A stretch of DNA of 37,490 bases from a virus (IMGVR_UViG_3300024254_000007:1-37490); one strand, 5' to 3'; shown: positions 8,015 through 17,524, numbered from the stretch's first letter. Notes: a model not told the origin generated them from the sequence alone. Program-made: numbers and translations.

Positions 8015-9082
8015 ATGGCGTGGTCCTATACCGCGCCGCGGGTGCAGCGCCGCCCGCTCGGCACGCCCGTGCGGCCGGCGTCGAGTGGCGGGACCGGCGG
8101 CCCGCCGACCGGGCCGGCGGGGGGCGACCTCACCGGCACGTATCCCAATCCGACCCTGGATATTTCCGGCGTCAATCCGGGGATCTACGGGGATGCGACG
8201 CACGTCCCGACCCTGGACGTGCGCGGTGATGGTCGGATTTACGGGGCGACCGAGACGGTGTTGCCCACGACGTTCCCGCCAAGTGGCCCGGCGGGCGGTG
8301 ATTTGACCGGGACGTATCCCGGCCCGACCGTGGCCGCGGCAAAGATCACCGCGGCGAAGCTGTCGCCGGCGCCCGTGGCAGGGGACGTCGGCAAGATGGT
8401 GACGGTGGCGACGGGGCCGGCCCTCGCCTACACGGCGGTACCGACAGCGTTGCCCCCGAGCGGCGCCGCCTCGGGTGATCTCTCGGGCACGTACCCGAGC
8501 CCCCAGATCGCGGCGGGGGTGATTGTCGACGCCGACGTGAGCGCCACGGCGGCAATTCAGTACAGCAAGCTCACGGGCGTCCCGACGGCCTTGCCCCCGA
8601 GCGGGGCGGCGAGCGGGGACCTTACGGGGACGTATCCGGGCCCCACCATCGGCGCCCTCAAGGTGACCGATGCGAAGATCAATGACGTCGCGTGGGGCAA
8701 GATCACGGGGGCGCCGACGGCGTTGCCGCCGAGTGGGACGGCGGGCGGCTCGCTGGCGGGCAGCTACCCGAATCCCACGTTGACGACGAGCGGCGTCGCG
8801 GCGGGCACGTACGGGACGGCGGCCAAGATTCCGCAAGTGACGCTCACCGCCGAGGGCCGGGTCAGCGCCGTCACGGAGCTGGCCGTGGCGCCGACCGGCG
8901 GGAGCCCAAGCGGGCCGGCGGGCGGATCGCTCGCGGGCTCGTATCCCAACCCGACGCTCGCGACGACGGGCGTCACGGCGGGCACCACGGGCGACAAGTA
9001 CAACGTCGCCCAAGTCACCGTGAATGCCGAGGGCCGCGTGACCGCCGTCGCGCCCGTGCTGATCCGCGCGCGGTGGGGTTGA
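8015..9082 (+). CDS. Fibre-like structural protein with repeats
   Basis: Six P[ST]GxA[GS]G[DS]LxG[TS]YPxP repeats and three GxxG...[DE]GR[IV] fibre repeats. Confidence 0.75.
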   Translation: MAWSYTAPRVQRRPLGTPVRPASSGGTGGPPTGPAGGDLTGTYPNPTLDISGVNPGIYGDATHVPTLDVRGDGRIYGATETVLPTTFPPSGPAGGDLTGTYPGPTVAAAKITAAKLSPAPVAGDVGKMVTVATGPALAYTAVPTALPPSGAASGDLSGTYPSPQIAAGVIVDADVSATAAIQYSKLTGVPTALPPSGAASGDLTGTYPGPTIGALKVTDAKINDVAWGKITGAPTALPPSGTAGGSLAGSYPNPTLTTSGVAAGTYGTAAKIPQVTLTAEGRVSAVTELAVAPTGGSPSGPAGGSLAGSYPNPTLATTGVTAGTTGDKYNVAQVTVNAEGRVTAVAPVLIRARWG

Positions 9083-9525
9083 ATCCGTTGACGCGGGTTC
9101 CGCTCACGCTGCGCGAAGCCAACGCCTACGTCGCGCGATGGCATCGCCATCACGGGCCGGCGCACGGGTGCCGGTTTTGTCTCGCTGCCGTCTTAGACAA
9201 CCGCGTCGTCGGCGTCGCCATCGTCGGCCGCCCCGTCGCCCGTCGCCTCGACGACGGCTACACGGTCGAGGTCCGCCGCGTGGCGACCGATGGCACGCCG
9301 AATGCGTGCTCCTTCCTCTACGGGGCGTGCCGTCGGGCGGCGCTGGCGCTCGGCTACACGCGGTGCCTTACGTACATTCTCGATACCGAGCCGGGCACGA
9401 GTCTCCGCGCGGCGGGCTATCGCTTGGTCGGCGAGGCCGGTGGCGGCTCGTGGTCGCGCGTGAGCCGCCCGCGGGTCGATCTGCACCCGACGCAAGGAAA
9501 GCTCCGCTTCGAGGCCGGCGCCTAG
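9079..9525 (+). CDS. XF1762-family, Mom-like GNAT protein (candidate DNA base modification)
   Basis: [39 protein letters not shown] and [10 protein letters not shown]; TTG overlaps the fibre stop. Confidence 0.8.
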   Translation: MNPLTRVPLTLREANAYVARWHRHHGPAHGCRFCLAAVLDNRVVGVAIVGRPVARRLDDGYTVEVRRVATDGTPNACSFLYGACRRAALALGYTRCLTYILDTEPGTSLRAAGYRLVGEAGGGSWSRVSRPRVDLHPTQGKLRFEAGA

Positions 9526-10395
9526 ATGCCGTTTCTCGGCGCCCGCGGCGCGGCCCCCGACCCGCGCGGTGTCGCCGCGCAACCCATGCCGGGCGTGACG
9601 GAATGGAAATGCCCGCGGAACGGCGTCCATGTGGTCGAGGTCCACTATACTGCCGACCCGGGCAAGCGGACGGCCGAATGGAAGCGCACCGCGCAGCAAG
9701 GCATGCCGCCGCGCGGCTGGCAACGCGAGTTTGAAATTGCCTTCGACCTCGCCGCGGGCGAGCCCGTGTTGCCGGAATACGTGCCGGCGGAGATGCGCCG
9801 CCCGTTTCCCGTGAGCCCGAGCGCGCGCCTGCTGCGCGGTTGGGATTTCGGGCAAGTGTGCCCCGTCACGCTCTTTGCCCAAGTCGACGTGCACGGGCGG
9901 CTTGGGTTTGTCGCCGAGCTCGTGCTCGAGCATGCCAATCTGACGGCGCAAATCGAGGCGACGAAAGCGCTAACGCTCGAGCTCATGGGCCCGGGCGCGA
10001 ATTGCTTTGACGCCGGCGACCCGGAGGCATTGCATGAGATGGAGCTCGGGTCGATTCGCGCCGCGCTCTTGAAGCACGGCATTGTGTTGCAGACGTTCGG
10101 CGGCCGCGGCGACACGTCGTACAATAATTTGCGCGACCGGCTTTTGCGCCGCGTGAAGATTCCCGGCGAGGACGTGCCGAGCCCGGCGCTCATTGTCGAC
10201 CCGCGGTGCCCGATTCTGCATTCGGCGCTCTCGGGCGGCTTCGCCCGCCATCCGAAAACCGGGAAGCCCATGCCGACGCATCCGTACAAGGACGCTGTAG
10301 ATGCAGCACGCTACCTGAACGACAATCTGCTCGGGAGCTCGTCGGAATGGATGCTCAAACTGCAAGCCATCGCGAAAGCGGATTGCGCGTGGTAG
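9526..10395 (+). CDS. terL: Terminase large subunit, C-terminal (lid plus RNase H-like nuclease) half
   Basis: VHYTADP...WQREFEIAF linker, GWDFG, GDP and DAVDAARY acidic motifs; upstream of the portal. Confidence 0.85.
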   Translation: MPFLGARGAAPDPRGVAAQPMPGVTEWKCPRNGVHVVEVHYTADPGKRTAEWKRTAQQGMPPRGWQREFEIAFDLAAGEPVLPEYVPAEMRRPFPVSPSARLLRGWDFGQVCPVTLFAQVDVHGRLGFVAELVLEHANLTAQIEATKALTLELMGPGANCFDAGDPEALHEMELGSIRAALLKHGIVLQTFGGRGDTSYNNLRDRLLRRVKIPGEDVPSPALIVDPRCPILHSALSGGFARHPKTGKPMPTHPYKDAVDAARYLNDNLLGSSSEWMLKLQAIAKADCAW

Positions 10396-10559
10396 CCACG
10401 CGGCCCTCGTTACGGATACGGTTGGCGAATTTGCGGGGGAATTGCGTCCCCCTGCATTTGTTAGAGGAAGTCGAGGCGCTCGAGCGCGAGCTCGCGGCGC
10501 TACGGGAGCGCGTTGACGACGCCGGGGGCGTTCCGCTACACGGGCCCGCCCGGAGGTAA
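10389..10559 (+). CDS. Small coiled-coil hypothetical protein
   Basis: Fills the TerL-C to portal gap. Confidence 0.4.
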   Translation: MVATRPSLRIRLANLRGNCVPLHLLEEVEALERELAALRERVDDAGGVPLHGPARR

Positions 10560-10564
10560 GGGGC

Positions 10565-13099
10565 ATGGCGCGAGCTCGAGGCGGGGCGACTGCCGAGACG
10601 TTGTCGCCGGGCCGCGGCGACACGCCGACCAATCTCGCCCGCGACCCCGACATTGCGCTCCGGGTCAAGCAAGAGCTCGTGCCGCTCATGAAGCGCACGC
10701 GCGACGAGCGCAACGGCGTGCTCCGCGAGCGCTGGCTCCGCTACTACCGCATTTGGAGCGTGCGCCACGACCAGCAAGGCTACCGCGGCCGGACCAATAC
10801 CTATTTTCCCGTGGGCCGGCGGTGGATCGAACAATGGGTGACACGCATCAAGCGCGACCTCTTCCCCGACCAGGATTGGTTTGCGTGCCGCGCGTTGCGC
10901 GAGGATTTCGAGTCACGGATTCCCGCCAAGGTCGCGCTGCAAAAGTATTGGATGCGCCGCTACATGCGGCTCCGGAAGCACTCGCTCCCGTGGCTCCGCC
11001 AGCTCGTCATGTATGGCACGTCGCCCGTGCGCAACGTGTGGCGCGTGCTCGAGCACGAGCAAACCGTCTTGCACGACGTGCTCGCCGACGACGGCTCGCC
11101 GTCGGGCAAGACCATCGAGGAGGTCGAGAAGGTCGCCGATTTTCTCGGGCCGACCTTCGAGCCCGTCGACCTCTTTGCATTCTACGTGTGGCCGGCGACG
11201 GCCGACGGCGTCGACTCCGCCTCGCTGGTCTTTGAGGACCGCTGCGTGCCGCGGAGCCGCGTGTATGCGCTCGGCAACCGCCCGCTCGACCCGCGCGACC
11301 CGAAAGCGAGCGGCAACGTGTATGAGAACGTGGACGAGTTGACGGCGCTCTACGACGCCGCGCTCGCCGACCGAGGCGGCGGCGGGCGCAACCCCGACAA
11401 GTATGCGGCGCTCTCGCAACGGCTCGCCGACAAGGGGTTCACCGCGCCGCTCGATGACAACGTGCCCGCGGCGCTCCGCCCGCTCGACATTACGGAATGC
11501 ATGTGGACGGTGGACCTCGAGGGCGACGAGCCCGCACGCTATCTCGTCACGCTCGGCGCCGACGCGATCCCGCTCCGGGTGCAACGCCGCCCGTTCTTTC
11601 ATGGCACGACGTCCTGGCTCGTCGGGCGCTTCGTCCAGTTGCCCGAGGAGTTTTATGGCCGCGGGTTGCCCGAGCTCTTTGACTACATGCAGTATTTTAT
11701 CAACGACCTCGGCAACCAATCCGGCGACGCGTTCGTCTGGTCAACGAATCCGATTGCCGTGGTCGACGTCGGCGCCGTGCAGGATCCGACGTCGCTCCGC
11801 ATGGCGCCGGGCGCGAAGTGGCTTGCCAACCCGGCCGGCGTGCAATTCACGACGCCGCCGCAAGGCGCCGCGCAAGCCGGCTTTGAGGCCGTATCAAATT
11901 ACGTGGGCATGGCCGACAACTTGGTGGCGCCGACGCCGGCGCGCCCCATGGTCGGGCAGCAAGGGCAAGGGCCGACGGACTCCGCCGGGCTTGCCGCGCA
12001 GCTTGCCGATAGCGCCGTCGACCTCCGCGCGATTGTCGAGAACCTCGAGGACGAGGTCATGGTGCCGCTGCTGGAGCGCAGCGACATTCTCTCGCAACAG
12101 TGTCTCGACCGCGACATTATTTTGAAGGTCGCCGGCGCCGACGGCATGGAGCTCGTCGAGCATCCCGTCACGGTCGCCGACTTGGTCGGCGAATACGAGT
12201 GGGAATGGCTCGGGACCACGACCGCGCTCAACCAACAAGTACGGGCGCAACAAATGGTGCAAGGCATCGCGCTCTTGACGCAAGTGCCGCAAGACCAGCT
12301 CGCCGCCCAAGGCGTCACGGTCGACTGGCCGTATGTGCTCCGCACGTTCTGGTCGGTCGGGCTCGGGCTGCCCGACGCCGACCGGGTTGTCAAAACCAGC
12401 GAGCTCCCGCCGAATGATTGGCGGTGGGAGAACGCGCTCGCCCGCGTCAATCGTGCCGGCGAGCTCCGCGTGTCGCCGCAAGACGCTCACACGGCGCACG
12501 TCCAGGGGCATCAACACATGCTGGCCTCGGGCGCGCTCTCCGACGACGCGCGCCTCGCGTTGCAAGCGCATACGCACCAGCACGTCGGCCTCATGATTGC
12601 CGCCGAGGCGCAAGCGCTCGCGCAGAGCATGGCGCAGCTTGCCGGCCCCGGGGGCGCCCCGCCCGGCGGCCTCCCGCCGGGAGCCCCTCCCGGCCCGCCC
12701 GGGCCCCTCCCCACTCTGCCCGGCGGGCCACCGCCGATGGGGGGGTTCCCGCCGGGCGGGCCGCCCGGGCCACCGCCCATGGGGCCGCCGCCCGGCCTCC
12801 CGCCGGGGGGCCCGCCGCCCGGGCTCATCATGCCCCCACCGCCGCCCGGGGCCATGCCGGGCGGCCCGCCGCGCGGGCTCATGCCGGGTGTCCCCGGGCA
12901 CGGCGTCAATGCGCTCGCGAGTTTTTTGACCGCGCCGATGGGCCCGCGACCCGCGCGGCCGCATTCCGACGCGCGCAACCAGGCCAAGGCGATGATGGGG
13001 ATTCGGCCGCCGGCGCCGCTCGGGCAAGGCCGCGTCGGGAAAACGCGTAACGTGTCGGATCTCTTCCGCCGCCTCCCGCGGCTCCCGACAGGAGGGTAG
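10565..13099 (+). CDS. Portal protein (P22-like) with long Pro/Gly-rich C-terminus
   Basis: Size and position; QLVMYGTS, EEFYGRGLPE...Q..IN and MAPGAKW motifs. Confidence 0.88.
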   Translation: MARARGGATAETLSPGRGDTPTNLARDPDIALRVKQELVPLMKRTRDERNGVLRERWLRYYRIWSVRHDQQGYRGRTNTYFPVGRRWIEQWVTRIKRDLFPDQDWFACRALREDFESRIPAKVALQKYWMRRYMRLRKHSLPWLRQLVMYGTSPVRNVWRVLEHEQTVLHDVLADDGSPSGKTIEEVEKVADFLGPTFEPVDLFAFYVWPATADGVDSASLVFEDRCVPRSRVYALGNRPLDPRDPKASGNVYENVDELTALYDAALADRGGGGRNPDKYAALSQRLADKGFTAPLDDNVPAALRPLDITECMWTVDLEGDEPARYLVTLGADAIPLRVQRRPFFHGTTSWLVGRFVQLPEEFYGRGLPELFDYMQYFINDLGNQSGDAFVWSTNPIAVVDVGAVQDPTSLRMAPGAKWLANPAGVQFTTPPQGAAQAGFEAVSNYVGMADNLVAPTPARPMVGQQGQGPTDSAGLAAQLADSAVDLRAIVENLEDEVMVPLLERSDILSQQCLDRDIILKVAGADGMELVEHPVTVADLVGEYEWEWLGTTTALNQQVRAQQMVQGIALLTQVPQDQLAAQGVTVDWPYVLRTFWSVGLGLPDADRVVKTSELPPNDWRWENALARVNRAGELRVSPQDAHTAHVQGHQHMLASGALSDDARLALQAHTHQHVGLMIAAEAQALAQSMAQLAGPGGAPPGGLPPGAPPGPPGPLPTLPGGPPPMGGFPPGGPPGPPPMGPPPGLPPGGPPPGLIMPPPPPGAMPGGPPRGLMPGVPGHGVNALASFLTAPMGPRPARPHSDARNQAKAMMGIRPPAPLGQGRVGKTRNVSDLFRRLPRLPTGG

Positions 13100-13103
13100 G
13101 GCA

Positions 13104-13688
13104 ATGGCCGCGAAAGGCACGCTCTTTGGGAAACCGCGCGACGAGGTCGTGAAGCGCCCCGGCGCGTTCACCGCCAAGGCCGACAAGGCCGGCAAATCGA
13201 CAAGCGCCTATGCCCGGCAAGTGCTGAAACCGAGCTCAAGCGCCTCGACGCGGACCAAGAAACAAGCCGCCCTCGCGCAAACCTTCAAAAAACTTCGCGC
13301 GGGCAAGGCGAAATTCGCGGCGGCGCTCGTGCTCGCCTCGGCGCTCGTCGCCCGCGCCGACGCCGCCTCCAAGGGATGCCCGAGCGGGAGCCTCACGCCG
13401 ACGCCGATCACCGCGATCGGAGCGACACCGGATGTTGTCCTTGCGCGCGCGGCGCCCGCGCTGCTCCTAGAAGTCACCGCGACCGCGGGCACCGCGACCG
13501 CGCAAATGGAAATTTCGTGCGACGATATCTATTGGGCGCCCGTGCAAAATTCGGTCATGAATCTGACGCCGCCAAACAATAGCCAAGCTGTTTCGGTCTT
13601 GGCGCCCACATGCAGCTACCGGGCCCGGGTCACCGCGTGCTCGTCATGCGCGGTGCGGGTCCTCTACGCGTGCTCGGGAGCGCACTAG
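13104..13688 (+). CDS. Basic N-domain fused to a signal-like segment and a Cys-containing beta domain
   Basis: KRPGAFTAKA...KKQAALAQTFKKL, then FAAALVLASALVARADA, then a domain with 6 Cys. Confidence 0.65.
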   Translation: MAAKGTLFGKPRDEVVKRPGAFTAKADKAGKSTSAYARQVLKPSSSASTRTKKQAALAQTFKKLRAGKAKFAAALVLASALVARADAASKGCPSGSLTPTPITAIGATPDVVLARAAPALLLEVTATAGTATAQMEISCDDIYWAPVQNSVMNLTPPNNSQAVSVLAPTCSYRARVTACSSCAVRVLYACSGAH

Positions 13689-13916
13689 ATGCGTACCGCG
13701 TGGCTCGGGCTCCTCGGGCTCGCCGGCGTCGCCGCCGCGCAACCCGCGGCGGTTGATTGCGGCCCGGCTTGGAACGGGTGCGGCCCCGCGGGCGGCGTGA
13801 CGAGCTCGACCACGTCGACCACGTCGACCACGACGGCCGCCCCGACGACGCTCGCGCCAACGACGCTCGCGCCAACGACCACGACGCCGACGAGCTCGAC
13901 CACGAGCACGACCTAA
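13689..13916 (+). CDS. Small secreted Thr-rich protein
   Basis: Signal peptide MRTAWLGLLGLAGVAAA, CxxxxxxC, Thr/Ser/Pro tail. Confidence 0.6.
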   Translation: MRTAWLGLLGLAGVAAAQPAAVDCGPAWNGCGPAGGVTSSTTSTTSTTTAAPTTLAPTTLAPTTTTPTSSTTSTT

Positions 13917-13931
13917 CGGGAGGGGGCAATT

Positions 13932-14174
13932 ATGCCGCTCATTCAGTTGATTGTGGTCCTTATCGTCATTGGGTTGATTCTCTATCTCGTGGAAAGTCTC
14001 TTGCCGCTCGACCCGGCCATTAAGCAGGTCATTCGCGTCGTCATTGTGCTGGCCGTTGTCCTCTGGTTGCTCTCGCTCGTCGGCCTGATTCCGGCGCGAA
14101 TTGGCCGCGCCGACGGTGCGACGCGCTACGCCCGAGCCATCATCGAAGCGGCCCCGCGCGCACGAGGGGCTTGA
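13932..14174 (+). CDS. Two-TM membrane protein (Thivi_2564-like)
   Basis: LIVVLIVIGLILYLV...PLDPAIKQVIRVVIVLAVVLWLL. Confidence 0.75.
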   Translation: MPLIQLIVVLIVIGLILYLVESLLPLDPAIKQVIRVVIVLAVVLWLLSLVGLIPARIGRADGATRYARAIIEAAPRARGA

Positions 14175-14213
14175 CACGCCGGGGGGGCGCAAGGCACACG
14201 GGCCCGCCCAAAG

Positions 14214-14585
14214 ATGGCACGCAAAGCGTTAGTGCCGCCGATGGGCCCGCCCGGTACCATGCCGCCCGGTAAGGTCGGCGGCGGGAAACGGAAGGGTAAG
14301 GCCGCCGTGCCACGCATGAAAGGCGGCGCGCCACCGCCGCCCCCGCGGCCCGTGCGCGGCCGCGTGCCCGGCCCGCCCGGTCTGACACCGCGGCGCATGG
14401 GGCCACCGCCGCCGGGGCGCGGCGCGCCGCCCCGCATGACGCCCCCGCCGATGGCCGCCGAAACCTCACGCGCCGAGCGCCTCGAGGGCGCCATGCCGCC
14501 GCCGCCGTCCACTCGCGCCCCCGCCATGCCGCCAGGCCGGGCGCAAACCATGGCCGCGCTCCGCCGCGGCAAGGTGGCGTTCTAG
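14214..14585 (+). CDS. Pro/Arg-rich disordered protein
   Basis: Stop overlaps the next GTG; low complexity. Confidence 0.5.
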   Translation: MARKALVPPMGPPGTMPPGKVGGGKRKGKAAVPRMKGGAPPPPPRPVRGRVPGPPGLTPRRMGPPPPGRGAPPRMTPPPMAAETSRAERLEGAMPPPPSTRAPAMPPGRAQTMAALRRGKVAF

Positions 14586-14932
14586 TGTTTGGGCCCGCCG
14601 CCGGCGTCGACCCGCACGAGCTCGCGCGCTTGACGGCCGAGCTCGAGGCGAGCGGGTACCACCGCGCGCTCCGGGAGTACGTCGAGGCGCGCACGCAACA
14701 CTTGCTCGCGACCGACCTCCGCGACCCGCACGCGGTCATGAAAGGCCGCGGGCAAGTCGAGGAGCTCCAACGCCTCGTGTCGCCCGTCTTTGTCCAATCG
14801 CTCGCCCTCACGGCGCTCGCGAAACGCGCCGGCGAGCGCGCCGGCCTCGAGGCGAGCGCGGCCGCCGACCGGGCTGCCGTCGTGCGCGCCGAATGGTGGA
14901 CCGACCCGGTCGCCGACGAGCCGATCCCGTAG
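14585..14932 (+). CDS. Head-module hypothetical protein (pre-scaffold)
   Basis: Helical; typical position between portal and scaffold. Confidence 0.6.
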   Translation: MFGPAAGVDPHELARLTAELEASGYHRALREYVEARTQHLLATDLRDPHAVMKGRGQVEELQRLVSPVFVQSLALTALAKRAGERAGLEASAAADRAAVVRAEWWTDPVADEPIP

Positions 14933-14939
14933 GAGGCAC

Positions 14940-15692
14940 ATGGCCGACGAGCTCGCACCGAGCACCGCGCCGAGCCCGCCCGAGGGCGCCGGCGCGCCCC
15001 CGCCCGAGGCGCCCGAGGCGCCGGCGGCGCCGAGCGTTGACGAGCGGTTTGCGAAACTCGAGAGCGACCTCGCCCGCGAGCGCGATTACCGCGGGCACTT
15101 GGAGAGCACGCTCCGCCTCCTGCAACCCCAGCAAGCCCCCGCCCAAGGGCCGCCGCCGCTCGTGCGCCTCCCGCGCGATTCCGCGCAACGGATTGCCGCC
15201 ACGCTCGGCGGACAATGGAACGAGGACGCCGTGCAATCGCACGCGCCAATCTTCGCGGCATTCCTGCAAGAGCTCGCCGCGCCGCTCCTCGTCGGCATCG
15301 AGGGCATGGCCGACGCCGTCGACCTCGTGCAAGCCCGGCAAGAGGTCGACCACTACGAAACCATCGCCGAGGAGGCCGACCGTGTGCGGGGCGAGTATCG
15401 CCGCGGCGGCCAAGTCATCACGCGCAAGCAAGCCGTTGCGCTCGTAAAGGCGCGCCGCATGGATGATCCGGCCTACGTCGACCGCATGATAGACGAGCGC
15501 GCGAAGCAACGCGGCGCCGAGCACGCGAACCGCGCCGCGGCCGCCGGCGCGGCCGTCACGGAGGGCGGCGCCTCGGCACAGAAAGCCGGGCCCGAGCCGA
15601 CGAAAGGGCCGCGGGCGCCCGTCACGCGCGAGGAGTTTTCCCGCATGTCGCTCGAGGAGAAACGCAAGGCGCTCGAGGGCGCCGCGCTCTAG
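14940..15692 (+). CDS. Capsid scaffolding protein
   Basis: AGGAGG RBS; acidic/Pro N-terminus, helical body, C-terminal EFSRMSLEEKRK; precedes the MCP. Confidence 0.8.
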   Translation: MADELAPSTAPSPPEGAGAPPPEAPEAPAAPSVDERFAKLESDLARERDYRGHLESTLRLLQPQQAPAQGPPPLVRLPRDSAQRIAATLGGQWNEDAVQSHAPIFAAFLQELAAPLLVGIEGMADAVDLVQARQEVDHYETIAEEADRVRGEYRRGGQVITRKQAVALVKARRMDDPAYVDRMIDERAKQRGAEHANRAAAAGAAVTEGGASAQKAGPEPTKGPRAPVTREEFSRMSLEEKRKALEGAAL

Positions 15693-15704
15693 GAGGAGGT
15701 CGCC

Positions 15705-17036
15705 ATGCCAGGCTCGACGTATAACTACAACGATCCCGGGTTGAGTACCTCAACCACGCTCGTCAACGACCTCGCGCCACTCTGGTTACAGGACGAGCTC
15801 CTCGCCGTGGCGGAAAAACTCACCGTGTTTTCCGACATCGGCGACAAGCCCAACATTCCCGACGGCGAGGGCAAGACGTACTCGGCGCAGCGCTATGAGC
15901 GGCTCCCGCTCCCGACGGCGCCGCTCTCCGAGGGCATCACGCCGGATGCCACCGCGCTCGTGGTCAACAAGGTGACCGCGCTCTTGGAGCAGTGGGGCAT
16001 GGTTGTCGCCCTGACCGACGTCGCGCTCATGACGACCAAACACCCGGCGCTCAACGCCGCGAAGGATCGCCTCGGCAACTCCGCCGCGGAATTGCAGGAC
16101 CGCGAGATACAGAAAACTCTCATGGGCTCTGGCGCGGTCGTGTTCCCGGGCGGCAAGACGTCGCGCACGACGCTCGTGGCCGGCGACGTGCCGACCACGG
16201 ATTTCGTCTCGGGCATCGTCGCGACGCTCCGCCAGCTGGGCGCGCCGACCTTCCCCGGCGCGATGTACGCCGGCGTGATCGACCCGTTCAACGAGCAGGA
16301 TCTGGCGAAGGATCAAACCTTCGTGCTCTCGCATCAGTACGCTGAAAACGTGGCGCTCATGAATGCCGAGGTTGGGCGGTGGCGTGGCGTGCGCTGGAAG
16401 CGGTCGAACCTGCTTCCCATCGTGTCGCTCCTCGCGACCGGCGCCGGGGGCGCCTCGGCAACGAATCAGGCGCCGGGCACGGGCGAGACGGGATTCACCG
16501 CGGGCGCCACCGTCAAGGTGACCGTCGCGCTCGCCGACCCGATTTCCGGGCTCGATACCAAGCAGATTGCGAGCGCCAGCGTGACCAACGCCGCGGCGTT
16601 TACCGTCGCGTTTACGATCACGGCCACGGCGCCCGAGGGCCGCTACAACGTGTACGTGTCGGCCGAGGGCGGCGCCGTGCCGCTCTATCAGACCACCGTG
16701 CAAAAGCCGCTCGGCGCGCAGTATGTCGGCGTCGTTGCCAAGGCCGTGACGAGCGCCGCGGCCACGACGTCGGTCGGCTTCAACGCGAGCGGCGCCCCCG
16801 CCGGCGCGGATCCGCCCGCCGCGGGCAACGTGCATTTCGGCTACATTTTCGGCAAGAGCGCCTTTGCCGTGCCCGCGCTCGGCGCCCGGGTCGAGACCAC
16901 CATCACGCCGGCGACGGCGACCGATAGCGACCCGCTGAAGCAGCGCCGCAAGTGCGGGTTCAAGTTCATGACGAAAACCTGCATTCTCAATACGGATTTC
17001 TTCCGGCGCTTTGAGTGTCAGAGCGCCTTCGGGTGA
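15705..17036 (+). CDS. Major capsid protein, N4-gp56 family
   Basis: PLSEGITP, LEQWGMVVALTD, EVGRWRGVRW and SDPLKQRRKCGFK; strong RBS. Confidence 0.9.
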   Translation: MPGSTYNYNDPGLSTSTTLVNDLAPLWLQDELLAVAEKLTVFSDIGDKPNIPDGEGKTYSAQRYERLPLPTAPLSEGITPDATALVVNKVTALLEQWGMVVALTDVALMTTKHPALNAAKDRLGNSAAELQDREIQKTLMGSGAVVFPGGKTSRTTLVAGDVPTTDFVSGIVATLRQLGAPTFPGAMYAGVIDPFNEQDLAKDQTFVLSHQYAENVALMNAEVGRWRGVRWKRSNLLPIVSLLATGAGGASATNQAPGTGETGFTAGATVKVTVALADPISGLDTKQIASASVTNAAAFTVAFTITATAPEGRYNVYVSAEGGAVPLYQTTVQKPLGAQYVGVVAKAVTSAAATTSVGFNASGAPAGADPPAAGNVHFGYIFGKSAFAVPALGARVETTITPATATDSDPLKQRRKCGFKFMTKTCILNTDFFRRFECQSAFG

Positions 17037-17041
17037 TTCGT

Positions 17042-17524
17042 ATGGGCCGCCCTCCGAAAATCCGTCCGAGCGGCGGCGACGTGCCCGCACTCGAGCCCGA
17101 GCGGCTCGAGCCCGAGGACGTCGCCGCCGAGGCGATCGCCCACCGCGACCCGTTGTCACCCGAGGAGGTCCGGGCGCTCAATCAATTGTGGCGCGATACG
17201 AACCACTACGAGGACGACGAATCCCGCAAACTCAACCGCACCGCCGTCGCCCGGCTCCGCCGCGCGTCGCATACCGAGATTCATCCGGGCTGTACGCTCG
17301 TGACCATCGACATCCCCATGCTGCCCAATAAGCAATTCGTGCGTATCAACGAGGAGGCGTATTTCGGCACGCGCGAGGTCTGGGAATGCACGGCGCGCAC
17401 CATTCTCGAGCTCGTTACGCATGCCCGCCAGGTCGAGGCCGCCCGCATGAGCGATACCGGCGGCGGCATGGTGGACCTCGATTCGCCGCTCGCCGAGCGC
17501 GTGCGGGCGATTCAACGGGCATGA
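17042..17524 (+). CDS. Hypothetical head-module protein
   Basis: Follows the MCP; FVRINEEAY motif. Confidence 0.6.
   Translation: MGRPPKIRPSGGDVPALEPERLEPEDVAAEAIAHRDPLSPEEVRALNQLWRDTNHYEDDESRKLNRTAVARLRRASHTEIHPGCTLVTIDIPMLPNKQFVRINEEAYFGTREVWECTARTILELVTHARQVEAARMSDTGGGMVDLDSPLAERVRAIQRA

Noticed and set aside
8015-9082. CRISPR array or DGR template/variable repeats
   Set aside because: Repeats are in-frame protein repeats with synonymous variation; no spacers, cas genes, reverse transcriptase or adenine-specific mismatches
2679-9526. Active invertible segment or intein/intron rejoining the TerL halves
   Set aside because: No inverted repeats seen at the boundaries, no invertase, and no intein or intron motifs at the half-gene ends
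6864-14190. GGGGCTTGAC motif at about 6865 and 14166 as late promoters
   Set aside because: -35-like only; no convincing -10 at the proper spacing, and two copies are too few to support a call
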